From Tubulanus polymorphus (taxonomy: Eukaryota; Animalia; Nemertea): a stretch of DNA of 64,000 nucleotides. How positions within the stretch are numbered: the first letter of the stretch is position 1; each line of letters begins with the position of its first letter. A program made the translations under genes and the position numbers. A model generated the notes under the pieces. The model saw nothing but the letters and a program-made list of their open reading frames with translations. It was not told the origin of the DNA and did no database searches. Where the stretch lies: positions 11,706,275 to 11,770,274 of the forward strand of contig NC_134032.1 in assembly GCF_964204645.1 (NCBI RefSeq), given 5' to 3'. Positions 26,685 to 38,860 of the stretch are shown piece by piece.

Positions 26685-27490
26685 CTATAGCGGTTAGAAA
26701 ACATTCCAATCAGTTTCAATGAAACTAACAGCAAAGGGAGTTGAAGCGATTGAGAGGGAAGTGAGAGCGGGAGAGGAGAAACAAAAAGAGCGGACCCTCT
26801 TAGGATGTATTCTAAAAGAGGGTCTATTTTCAATGTATTGAAAAGGTACCGGTAGTACATGATTTCCTTCAGATTCTTTATCTGAGCCCTGTCCTCTATA
26901 GCGGTTAGAAAACATTCTAATCAGTTTCAATGAAACTAACATCGAAAGGAGTTGACGCGATTGAGAGGGAAGTGAGAGCGGGGGAGGAGAAACAAAAAGA
27001 GCGGACCCTCTTAGGATGTATTCTAAAAGAGGGTCTATTTTCAATGTATTGAAAAGGTACCGGTAGTACATGATTTCCTTCAGATTCTTTATCTGAGCCC
27101 TGTCCTCTATAGCGGTTAGAAAACATTCCAATCAGTTTCAATGAAACTAACAGCAAAGGGAGTTGAAGCGATTGAGAGGGAAGTGAGAGCGGGAGAGGAG
27201 AAACAAAAAGAGCGGACCCTCTTAGGATATATTCTAAAAGAGGGTCTCTTTTCAATGTATTGAAAAGGTACCGGTAGTACATGATTTCCTTCAGATTCTT
27301 TATCTGAGCCCTGTCCTCTATAGCGGTTAGAAAACATTCCAATCAGTTTCAATGAAACTAACAGCAAAGGGAGTTGAAGCGATTGAGAGGGAAGTGAGAG
27401 CGGGAGAGGAGAAACAAAAAGAGCGGACCCTCTTAGGATATATTCTAAAAGAGGGTCTCTTTTCAATGTATTGAAAAGGTACCGGTAGTA
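26646..27490. repeat. 4 x 211-bp tandem array covering the 3' end of NSMCE2 intron 1 and the first 39 nt of exon 2
   Basis: Unit starts (acatgatttccttcag) at 26646, 26857, 27068 and 27279; copies are near-identical. Confidence 0.97.
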
Positions 27491-27651
27491 GGGACTCAAA
27501 GAAAGCTGAGTGAGAGAAATCAGAAAAAAAGAAAGAGCCGAATGTATTTGGATCATATATAGGCTTAATGGCAGAAGGAAAGGTGTACATGTTAAACCAA
27601 GCCTTTGATTTGGTTGCTACTACTGCAATGGGGCGCCACTCCGTCACTTAC

Positions 27652-27781
27652 CGTCCTCATATTCTAACATATCGGTCGCGATATCGACGGTCGTTTCCAT
27701 CCCGGCGCTGATGTATTCTTTCACTTTATCTAAAGTGTTCAGAGCTTGATCGACCAAGTTGAAATTACTGGACGTCGGCAT
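27652..27781 (-). CDS. NSMCE2: NSMCE2/Mms21 E3 SUMO ligase, coding exon 1
   Basis: ATG at 27781; MPTSSNFNLVDQALNTLDKVKEYISAGMETTVDIATDMLEYED, then G|GTAAGT donor (130 nt, phase 1). Resembles the N-terminal SMC5-binding helix of Nse2. Confidence 0.9.
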
Positions 27782-27998
27782 TTTCACGGGTGTCACTTAT
27801 ATATCGAAATGATCTAAGACGAATAACAAACTATAAAGAGACAGGAATTGTCAATGTCATCAACCAAGAGAAGAAATGAACAAGAAGGCAAGTACAGGCC
27901 TAGACTTAGACTAAAAAGATCTCCCTCAGTCTTACGAATATTGTAAATTACGTTTAGCGATCATGGACGATACAGTAGTACTAGTAGTAGAGGGTAAA

Positions 27999-28209
27999 AG
28001 TGCAGATCCGCACCTCTCGTGGTTGACGCAATCTCCTGAATGACAGAATCCAGGCTAAAATCTTTCTACTCTCTAGTGAAGATATCCTAGAATTAGCCAA
28101 TGGCAATGTACTGAATTGCTGATGACATTTTGAATCTGAAACAATGATATTTCATGTAGGCCCTAATTGATTGAACCGTTTATGCGGAGGAGAGGTGCGG
28201 ATCTGCACT
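27999..28209. mobile_element. Short TIR element (MITE)
   Basis: Perfect 20-bp inverted repeat agtgcagatccgcacctctc / gagaggtgcggatctgcact. No clear TSD. Confidence 0.65.
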
Positions 28210-28299
28210 CCAATTGAGTTGTCTGTTTGAATTCCGAATAAATATCAGCGGATTAATTCGATACTTACAGCAATTAATGTCTTTTCTTTGGTCTTTAGC

Positions 28300-29083
28300 T
28301 GGTTACCGGTAGACTGACCGGTCTCTATCTTCAATACGGGATATCGACAAATTCAAGTTCTTGAATTACACGTTTGATGGCGTTAGTCAGAACCGGAAAT
28401 TCGAACCTAAATCCTCCATGCTCTAGTTCATTTGCAACGAAAATCTCTAGCTTCAAGTTTTCAATGAGCGATATTTTACTTACTATATATCGTCACGCAT
28501 AATCCTTCAAACATGTTATCCTACCGCTACGTTGGATATGATAAAACTCACTACAAAGGCTAGAAATCCCTATAAGTGTCCTAAAATTATCAAAAAACAT
28601 TTTGCAACGGCTGAAGATGTAAAGACTGGTTGCCAGGTATCACACGGTGGCAGCACTTGACGGCCCAATTTCGATTGTTGGTTCGAGTCCTGGTACTTTT
28701 CATATTTTTATTATGAATCTACGGGTGTAGTCCTTCTAACATCAATTTTATTTCGTAATATTATTTCATATTTATCAGTGTAGCCTGCAATGAATTCACC
28801 TTAGAGTCTTGAACTCAACAACAAAGTGATGACACCCGGCACCAGTCATTACTTCCGTTAGCGGCTTCGAGCGTCATCGCTAAATTTGTGATTTTTGGTA
28901 GTTTTTTGACATTTCTAGTGATCTTTAGCATTCGAAGTGAGGTCTTATCGAATTCAACACATTGTCAGGATATCATACTTAAAGGATTTTGTGTGCCTAT
29001 GTATAGTAAGTAAAATATCGCTAATTAAAAACTTGAAACGAGAGATTTTGAAGATAGAGACCGGTAACCAGTCTACGGGTCTC
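28300..29083. mobile_element. ~0.8 kb non-autonomous TIR element
   Basis: gtagactgaccggtctctatcttcaa (~28309-28334) is inverted relative to ttgaagatagagaccggtaaccagtctac (~29048-29076). No long ORF inside; ends are approximate. Confidence 0.6.
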
Positions 29084-29099
29084 TAACTGAAAGTAGACA

Positions 29100-29637
29100 C
29101 CGGAGACCAGTCTAAATGACAAGCGACACCGCCAATGACACGGAAATTGCCGAGGCTCGGCGCGACGCGAATGATTCCCGAATATTTCCGATGACGGAAG
29201 TTGTCGAGCGATATTGGTGGATTCCGGACATTCCCGATGATGTGCAATGAAGCTTGTCGTGTCACAAATTCAATCTCACAATACCGACACAAACTAACTT
29301 GCGCAAACTAAATTACGGGCCCGTAAAATATTTCGCCGAAGGCGTTCGAAGGCCACATCCGAACCCGAGAAAAACCTCTAAACCCTCAAAAAAATTTTTT
29401 TTAAAGTAAAAAGTTCCCAAAATGTCCGATAGAGGGATGACTGAATATTTATATATTTATAATATCTAACATGGCGATTTGGAGCGTAGACACCGAATAA
29501 AATCACGATATTCTAGGCGCAAATTCACACCGAAATGGATATAAAATGATCTAAAAAACGCACTCGAACGAAACTGTGATCAATTCGGATTACCGGGATT
29601 AATTTAACGGATTACCGTCGAGGATTAAGATCGCAAA
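29100..29637. promoter_or_regulatory. Probable bidirectional promoter / 5' UTR region of NSMCE2 and KIF13
   Basis: CpG-rich, non-repetitive stretch between head-to-head start codons, with a YY1-like AACATGGCG near 29468. Position is inferred; there are no TSS data. Confidence 0.5.
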
Positions 29638-29689
29638 ATGACGGAGAAAGTGAAGGTAGCTGTGCGCGTACGTCCCCTCAACCGAAGGG
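29638..29689 (+). CDS. KIF13: Kinesin-3 (KIF13A/B-like), coding exon 1
   Basis: caaaATG; MTEKVKVAVRVRPLNRR then G|GTAAGT (52 nt). This is the canonical start of a kinesin-3 motor domain. Confidence 0.93.
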
Positions 29690-30267
29690 GTAAGTAAGCG
29701 AATCGGAATTATTGATCCTAATAAATATCAAAACTGATATCAGTGATTTTGATTTATTTCCCCATTATCATGACATTATTAGAAAACGGTTTCTTTTAAA
29801 ATTATTCCCCAATTTCTGCCATATTTTGACGAGAGACAAAAATGTCTTGTCTGTCATTTTTTTGACAGACAAGACAATTTTGACATCTGTCAAATTGCTG
29901 CCCAAACTTACACTCCCGTTTGAAATTATTCGGGTTCTTTTAAAACTGGATCTGTTACCAGTTGGTGATTTAAGTATTCTTGTTACATTTCCCATAACAA
30001 TTTTTAATTCTGGCTTCTCTAATATTTCTAATTAATTGCAAGTTCTTTTGGGCGCCATATGAATGAATCAGCCAAAGGCACTGTATTTCCTGGGTGTCTG
30101 AAACTTTTCAAAACAAAAAGACGCCTGCTTACTTAGAAAAAAGGCCAACAATTTAATCAGCCACGAATTCATTATTTAATTAATAACTTCAAAATTAACT
30201 GCAATTCTTATTGGGCTATTCATTATTATTAAGCCTAAACTTTTTTTTTTCAAATGAAATCTTTCAG

Positions 30268-30364
30268 AAATCGACCTCGGTACGAAAGTGATAGTCGACA
30301 TGGAACCGACGCAAACTGTCTTATTTCACCCGAGTCAAGCCATCACACCCATCATCAAAGACAG
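30268..30364 (+). CDS. KIF13: KIF13-like, coding exon 2
   Basis: atctttcag|AA...AG|gtaaga, 97 nt, EIDLGTKVIVDMEPTQTVLFHPSQAITPIIKD. Similar to KIF13 ELxLxTKCVVxMExNQTVL. Confidence 0.9.
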
Positions 30365-31644
30365 GTAAGAATTGAAAATTATTGATTATCGAGATTATTT
30401 ATGAAGAGTGCTTTTTTGTTTGAATTTGTTTAAGATTCATCGGTTTTTGAATTAATTGTGCAGATATTGCTTTATTTTCATAGAACTATTTATGATACAT
30501 GTACAAGCATAAAACTAAGCATTTCTGTATGTATATCACAGAAATAACACTCTAATTACGCAATTACGCAATTAGGCCCTATAGTCTATGATGGACAGCT
30601 CAAGAAGCCTAAAGTAACTAGATACCGGCATTCTTACCATAAGTTGCGAGATTTCAGAAAATATTCTTATAGAATGAGGCACGAGGCTTTAGCCTAATTT
30701 TTTTAAAAGAAAAAAAGAATTTACCGTGAAAGTTATCCTGTAGGCGCCTACCCGACAGTGCCCTGGCCAAATTCAGCTGAATTTTCTTAAGGCCCTATTT
30801 TATTAAGTCTTCATAGTCTTACGACCAGTGTTCACAGTTCATTACCGAAAATCACTTTTTCACAATTTCTCAGAACAAAGATTCTCTTTATGTTCAATGT
30901 GTATTAAAAACCGCGATTGAAAAATTTAATCCTTAAAAATCTTAAAAAAGATACATTTCAGAACATTTTAGTTTAATGAATGAGAACGTCAACTATCATC
31001 ATTTTTGCGATTTTTGCGCATTTGAGTAATTCTTAGGTGATCAATTTTCTCTTATATTCAAACTATGAAGCTAAATTTTTTTTAATCGAACTTGAAGTTC
31101 GTGTTGAAAAAATTCTTTATTGAGAGCCCTGATTTGATTAAACCCACTTTAAAAGGCTCATAAAACTTCTAAGGTGTACATTAAAAAAGAATCGTACAAT
31201 ACATACTAAATTGAATAGGCCTATGTTTGTAATTCTTTTGAGTGGTCGGTTTTGATTTGGTATGTATTTCAAACGCTCGTCAAACCGTTGATGGACATCA
31301 AAAAAGATTCTATTCTACGCTATACATTACATACGTTACTGCTAATTCTTTTTGAGAGCTCTATTCTGATTTAATACTGCCTATGCCTTTTTCCAAAAGG
31401 CTCATCAAACTAATGGGCATCAAAAAAATTTCTATAGGGCCTACATTACGTAAACGTAACTGCTAATTCTTTTGGGAGGCCTGTTTTCACTTGTTAGCTA
31501 ATAATCCTCGATTGACACGCGATATTACCTCAATTTAGGCTAAATACGCCGACGACTGACGAACCATACATAAATCTAGCCTACATACTACTAATTACAT
31601 CGTTTTATGCAGAATGTTATTATTTTTGTCCCTCTCCACGGGAA

Positions 31645-31800
<156 letters not shown>

Positions 31801-34100
31801 GTATTTATATTTGTATTAATTATTATGATGATTATTTGTGGCTGTGCGTGTGCCAACGCAACGCTGCTGCGTCATGCTCATCGTCATGGCTATTTAATGA
31901 GCAGTTCACTTAATTAGGCCCTATACGAGCGTAAAGCCCGATGTATATGGCGTAGGGAAATGTGGAAACGCAGAATCAAATAAGTTTGATAATAATAGTA
32001 GAAAATTTGTATAGGGCGATAATTCCGTGCAAAAAAAAAGTAAAATTCAAATGCGCCTGGGTAACGTCAAGGTATGTATGGAATAGTTGAGTTTTGATCA
32101 TGGATTTGAATTCATTCAGCGTAAAATTGAGAGCAGTGGGTGTAGAGATCACGGTATTCCATGGTATTTGATCATTTATTTGATCATCATGGAAACTATG
32201 TTTCGCGAAGCAATGTTTCTCTGGGAACACTCGGAAACATGTTTCTGTTTCCTGTTTCTTCTGCGTTTCCCTGCATCATGCGCATTCGCGCGATGCGTGG
32301 TTTGGGAAACAATGTTTCCCAGATGAAACAGGCGTTTGTTTCCGGCGTCGTGTGCGTTGGGCTTAGAATCGATGCGAATTCTGAATCGCGCGCGCACGCG
32401 TGCGTGCTCGGTCTGAACAGGTGATTTTGATAAGAAACTTAATAAAATCTATGAAACCGAATTTTCGAAAAATTAAGTTGAAACTCGTAGAATATGCAAA
32501 ATTCTATCAAAAGTCGATGGAAGATTTTCGTTTTTGAAGACTGGTTACTTCGTTTGCCTTTGAAAATCATCAAAGGTTCCCATTCCACCTGGCACAGTGG
32601 AAGCTCGTTTATAATGAGCAGGAAACGGGGTCCGGAAAATCTGTTCTTCGTTGGAAGCGTTTTCTCTCAATTCCTCGGATTATGGATTTTTTTCAAGAAA
32701 GCAATAAATTAGAAGGTCGAACGGAAAAAATTACCGAAATAGAAAACAATTTTTTGCTCATTTAGAATAGAAAAGAACAGGAAAACAGATACCTTAAAAA
32801 TGTCTTATAGCTGTAGATTGTTTCAATTCAATATGAAATTGATTAAATCGTCGTACGATGAAATCCTAAGTTTGTTCAGATGAATTAGGCCTATTATTTC
32901 TGGGCTATTTCTGTTTTCCTTACGATAAGGCTTCATTGTACTGTCGGTTATTTTAAGGATAATAAGTATCGTCGTGATAACATAAATTTCCTGTTACATC
33001 TTCAATTTACGTCGAAAAGTTTTACGATTATTTTTTTTCGCAGTTGATTTTCTATGTCGCTAATTTATCGCGATATTTCAGCGAAATAACGGTTAAATTT
33101 AGCTGTAAAATCAGGAACAAAGGCGAAAAATGTATTTTTAGTTTTTCTACGAAATGAAATTGAAACTTCCATTGATAATACTCTTTACGTCCGTAATTTA
33201 ATATCTAATTTTAGCTTGTCGTTTAGATTAATTTTTTTCCATTTATTCTAAGAATGGAAATTGTTTGTAACATGAAAGAATTTTTTACAGGCTCATTTAA
33301 ACGCCAGTCATTCGAAAAAATTGAAAATCCAGTATTCAAATTCATCGGTTTTTCGAAATCGTTCGGGAAAAATGTTTCATTTTAGATGGCGATCTCAGTA
33401 TTTTGCTGTACGATTATTATGAAATATCGAATTTCAAATCGATCTTTTCGATTTGAGATTTTAAAATCTTCCTACTTCATTATCCGGTGAGGTTTTGGTA
33501 TCCTATTTAAGTTGAAGAGAGTTAAGTAAGTTAAACAGATAGTTGAAAACCATTAGAAAATTGACTACGCTGAACGTGTCATAAGATCCTCTTTGTATCC
33601 CACCCCCAGTTCCTTACTGTTTCCATTATTCCAATTAAGAAAGTTGATACCGTTGATGTCCTGATTTTATCTCCCATCCAACTAGGCTATGTTCCTTCAT
33701 TTGTCAGCGTTTTCATGACATTTTCTGCTCGGAGATATTCCTCCATCGCGGCGGTGGTTTTTCTGTGACATCAAACAAATATACAGGTCTTCAAGTAACG
33801 CATTTACAGAAAGGCTGCGCGGGGATAAATCTCCCTTCAAACGGAAAAATATCTCTGAAAGGCCTAATATGTAGATACTTTGAGCCCGAGAAAGGTTTTT
33901 ACCAGATCACAGAGCTGTGGCAGGTTGATCGTAGAAAAATGAACGTTTTCTCTTATAGGACTATACCTTAAAGTGCTGTAGAGATACTTAGAACTTCGTC
34001 TAGATTTTTTTTTTTTCATGAAAAATTGATTTAAAAATCGATGGATTTGTCCTCGTTTATTCCAATATATATATATATATTTTCCTTGAATTCCAATATA

Positions 34101-34103
<3 letters not shown>

Positions 34104-34191
<88 letters not shown>
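34104..34191. repeat. (TA)n microsatellite
   Basis: Seen directly. Confidence 0.98.
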
Positions 34192-34194
<3 letters not shown>

Positions 34195-34699
34195 GACGAG
34201 TTTATGTACAACAAGGGTTTCAAAATAGAAACCTTTCCTTGTCGTTGTGTTGTGTTCCGTTTCTAATTTTACGAACCGATAAATTTTAGTTTTGACGAGT
34301 CTTGATAATTTCGTAACGCGGTCACGACCGACTACGAATCGCGCGGGGTCGAGGCAATCGACGTCGCTACACGGAATAAAACCGATCGAATCGGAATCGT
34401 CGACGGAGTGCAACGAAATGATCTCGACGTCCGCGCCGCGCCGAGGTTCCGAGAAAAGTCGTCCGCCTAATTTCGAATAAAACTGAGCGACGGGTTTGAT
34501 TTTTCGACTCGTGCCGATAATTTCTCGAGATCTCCGCCACCCGTCGGCGGCTCGTGATTTCTCTATAATTTCTTCGTCGTTGGAAACGAGGATTTTTTTC
34601 GGCCCGCGGCTGCGTTTGAATATTAAATTTCTCCGTTTTCCGTCGCGTTTGAAAATTCGCTTTGTTCCTCGACGCGAACAAGACGATATTTGTGGGAAG

Positions 34700-35240
34700 C
34701 AGGGAAAGAAAAGAGGGGGATGGATAGGAAATAGAGGGAGAGTGAGAGGGAGAGGAAATAGAGGGAGATGGAGGGAGGGTGAGAGGGAGAGGAAAGAAAA
34801 GAGAGGGAGAAGGAGAGGGAGAGTGCGAGGGAGAGGAAATAGAGAGAGAGTGAGAGGAAATAGAGGGAGAGGGAGGGAGGGTGAGAGGGAGAGGGAGGGA
34901 GGGTGAGAGGGAGAGGGAGAGTGCGATGGAGAGGAAATAGAGGGAGAGTGAGAGGGAGAGGAAAGAAAGGAAAGAGAGGGAGGGAGGGTGAGACAGTGAA
35001 AGGGAGGAGGAGAGAGGTTATATACAGATATGAGAAAGGTTAGGAGGTAGGGAATGAGAGGAGAGAGGTCAAGAGACAGATATGTAGAGAGGGAGAGGGG
35101 TTTGTAGAAGAGAGGTCAAGAGACAGATTTGAGCGAAGTTTAGGAGAAAGGGCGAAGGGAAAGATGAGATATGGTTGCGAGAAAGCGATATTGAGGATGA
35201 GGGTGGTGTAGAACTGAGAGAGAGAGGAGAGACAGACAGA
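34700..35240. repeat. GA-rich low-complexity tract
   Basis: Seen directly. Complementary CT-rich tracts at ~41560-41945 and ~45930-46155. Confidence 0.9.
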
Positions 35241-37184
35241 GAGCTGACTGCAAACACCGCTGCACTCATCTCTGAGCTGACACTATCCGCTCGTGACATC
35301 ACTTAACACTGTGTAGCTATTGACTACCAATAATGTCAATGTTTCTACGCGGACTGCAACGAGCGGGAACCCGACAATCGGTGCCGCTCTCATCAACACC
35401 TTCTCAGAATCCCGGTGAAACTATAACGCGTTCAATTGCACCTCGCCGATATTTCGATCCCTTTTTATGCTACAGTAACTTAGGGACATGCAGCTCAGAA
35501 TTTATGCACCAGCTCTGCTGGTGAAATTTTATTCTAATCCGTGGTTGTTGCTTTTCTTACTGTATCCCAAAGCGAAACAATTCCAAAAATCCTGGTATCT
35601 AGTGAAAATGCAGATGAATTGGTGAAAAAAGTGTGAAATCTGATTTAAGAATTGAGATCGTGAAAATGTAAAAATGTAAGATGATGTGAAAGTGACAATT
35701 CCAAGTTAAAGAAAGACGAGGCAAAAGACTCCGGCTTGAGAAAACATTACGAGATCGACATCCTGTCATGACACATCCCACCTACTTCCTGCATGGTGTA
35801 GGCCTATCTCCAATTGAGAAAATTGATACCAGTTATATTTCATCTCTACGAATCCAGTCTGCCATTCAATGATATTCTCGCCTTTACTTGTCACAGCATC
35901 ATTTTGATGTGAACACGTGCTCTAATTAGGCACAGGCCAAACTCGGCTCGCGTCTGATCCGGGCCGGTTTGCCCGGGGCCGGTTTGCCCGGGTCGGATCG
36001 ATTCCCTGCGCGATCGCGGCTATGGTACGGTGGTAATTTAGGTGATCGCACTTAACCGGTAACCGTGCAATGAATAATTCATAACACCTGAGGCGGCAGT
36101 GCAGTCTGAGAGTGAGTATTGAGAGACCCAGGCACGATGATGAGTCAAATAGCAAAAAATATACATTTTCACCCTCTTACAGTTAATAGTAGTTAATTAC
36201 ATCATAGCCTAGGTAATATCTATTTAAATCTCTGCGTCTCGAAGAGGAGGAGCTGGATTATTATATTCATTGGGAAAATGTTGTGATTTTCACTGTTTTA
36301 CTAGATACCAGTTCGGTGCCGGCTGCTCTCGGCCAGAACTGGTTCGTTTTCATATAACCAAACACTGTGTGGCCATGTTGAGATGATGATATAAAAATCC
36401 CGCATAAAGGATAAAAAACAGTTCGAAAATAGTGTCCTTGAGCTAATTTGTATTCCATGTTTCATTTCATCTTCTTGGGTATTATACAGGACCGTGTACC
36501 CTGCCCCTTGGATCCGACCCTGAATTCTTTCAAACAAATCATAGCTGAAAACTTCCTACAGGCCTGTCGGAAGCAAATCTATATAAGTAGGGCCCAGCCC
36601 CCATATTTCCCCGAAATTTGCCCTTAAATGCCCGAAATTATGATATTCAGGATTTTCACATTTTTCCCAAAAAAACTATCGTACGCAAACTCTTGGAAAT
36701 AACAAGATTTTAAAAAAACACCAGGATTTATTTTGTGTCGAGGAGAATCCCAATATCAATATTGGGTGGGCCCGGGCCCCCAAGGTCGCACCCACTCCGT
36801 CGGCCCTGTCCTATGTTACAGGCGTAGGGTTTAATCTCAGATATCCTATTTGAAATGATGAAATAGACTGAAGTACTGTAGAAAAGTGTATGGTTTTATA
36901 CAGGAGGGCAAGGGGACATGATTCGAATATAAATATTCTAGTTACTCAGAGATGAATTCTTGCATACGGCGTAATCGCGCACGTACACGCAGTACCGGTC
37001 AGCGTTATCATCCATTACTGTCGGGGTTCGTCCCGTCCCGTTGGTCCCGCGAGCCCCATTTTATGCGATGGTGATAAATTCTATAAACGACTCGACTCGT
37101 TAACAATGGTAGTCATCGCTTTATATATTTATATTCTAATGTATACTTAACTTACTAATGGCATCTGATCAAGTTGATTTTCAT

Positions 37185-37520
37185 TCTAGACCAGTCTGCC
37201 AACTTGACAGGCCCAGTCTATACTCGTTTTGGTTATATGGCCAATCTCAAGAGTTACTAAGACCAGACTAAACTAATTTTGTTTCTAAGCCAATCTATCA
37301 ATTGATTGTTAGATTGGCTTAGAAAGACCAGTCTAAGCTCATTTTTGTTCTATAGTCAATTGAACATAACTTAAGGCCATTCCCAACTCATTTCGGTTCT
37401 ATGCCAATATAAAAACTTTAGACTAGTCTAAGCTCATTTTTGTTGTATATTGCCAATCTGATTACTTAAGACCAGACTAAATCCAATTTGGTTCTAGAGC
37501 CAATGGAACAACTTAAGACC
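37185..37520. repeat. Degenerate ttaagaccagtct..gccaat tandem array
   Basis: Units derive from the interior of the 138-bp MITE. Similar arrays at ~55935-56025, ~56320-56660 and ~58140-58410. Confidence 0.75.
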
Positions 37521-38286
37521 TTGCACTGAAGTCAGAACTGGTGCCAGGTGATTGCGAGTTTAACGGAGGAATTGACTATGAAACAAGAGTTGTGTTAATT
37601 TCCTGGTTTCCTTGGAGAGAGAATTTATCAAATATCTCATCAGAGGATCAGTACATACGGCACGGCGCAGCGCGGCGCGGCGTAAATATTGAAATATTTG
37701 AAGTATTTATTGAAAATCTACGCAGCGATATCGATCTACCTCGGATCAAAGCCACGATCCGAGTCCGTCCGACAGACGCGCGATATTACCAATCAGATCG
37801 GTTCCAATAGCGTTACCGCGCGATCGGTGTTTTCTGATCGGTAATGATGTAACATTCCGGGGTTTGCGCCGTGTTACTCCGTCGTGTAACGGGTCGACTG
37901 TAGATAATTATATCGGTGTTACTCTTATCGGTAACATCGAGGAATAATTGATCATTGACGCCTATTCTTCCCGTTCTCCTTCGCGCCAATTGGTCTCTTT
38001 AGAAGTCCTACCCCCTTCATTCTTCTCTCCATTCCTCTACCTTAAGCGCAACCCCTCCCGTTTCCCCATTCTCACTTTACATTCATCCATTCATCCTTTC
38101 CCTTCCATTGTCTCTACATACCCCTATGTCATCCACAACACTATCCCCCATCCGTATTTGAATCCAAGTCCATAGATTATGATTTGATTTGATATTCTAT
38201 CCCTCTAATTTATTTGATTTATTTGATTTTGATTCGTTATGAAATCAAAACGGGGGTTTAGATTAATATCAAAGAATCTACTTCTG

Positions 38287-38584
38287 CAGTGTTCTCGGTA
38301 TGCTGGAATTTTAAGGGGCTGCATTCATGAGAATGTGGCTGCTGAAGCAGCAAGGCTTTCGAGCCTCACAAAACACTAAAAAAATTAAGCTCAATTTTGA
38401 TGAAATCTTCTATTTATTCCATTAGCTCAATATATTTCGCAGCAATTATCGGCATTGATAGAATATTGATATCCACTCTGGTAAGGGCAGCAGATTTTCT
38501 ATAAGGGGTGGCTGATTTTCAGAGGAGCAGATATAAAAATGAAAGGTGTGGCCGCCCCTCTAACCCCTGTTATGGAGAACACTA
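38287..38584. mobile_element. hAT-like MITE, ~300 bp
   Basis: CAGTGTTCTC...GAGAACACTA termini. Related copies at ~11585-11832 and, reversed and partial, ~52590-52722. Confidence 0.65.
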
Positions 38585-38796
38585 CTACTCTGGGACTCCA
38601 TATTTTCATCGTTAGTTCAGGATTTTACTGTCACAAACAGATTCACTTGGACCATGGACTCTTCATTTTAGAGTCCATGCTTGGACTGACAGGTATAAAA
38701 TGTGCTTGCTGCCTTGCTGTGTGAAATCATTGAATGTGTAATTTAATTCAACTGCTACTGATAAAAATAAAATACTGTTTATTACAGCAGTTTAGC

Positions 38797-38799
<3 letters not shown>

Positions 38800-38857
<58 letters not shown>
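38800..38857. repeat. (TA)n microsatellite
   Basis: Seen directly. Confidence 0.98.

Positions 38858-38860
<3 letters not shown>

Noticed and set aside
26694-27647. Overlapping 106-146 aa ORFs on the minus strand
   Set aside because: They are frame-shifting read-through of the 211-bp tandem array, not independent genes.
28119-28145. CTGATGA...GAAA hammerhead candidate
   Set aside because: Stem II cannot close properly, and no stem I or stem III is present.
28631-28700. Bona fide tRNA gene
   Set aside because: No D or anticodon arms and a broken T stem; kept only as a Pol III-like finding.
30585-30613. Possible KIF13 mini-exon ending in ...AAGCCTAAA|gtaac (KPK)
   Set aside because: No acceptor gives the required phase 2 entry without a stop or the wrong frame; 55829-55874 fits much better.
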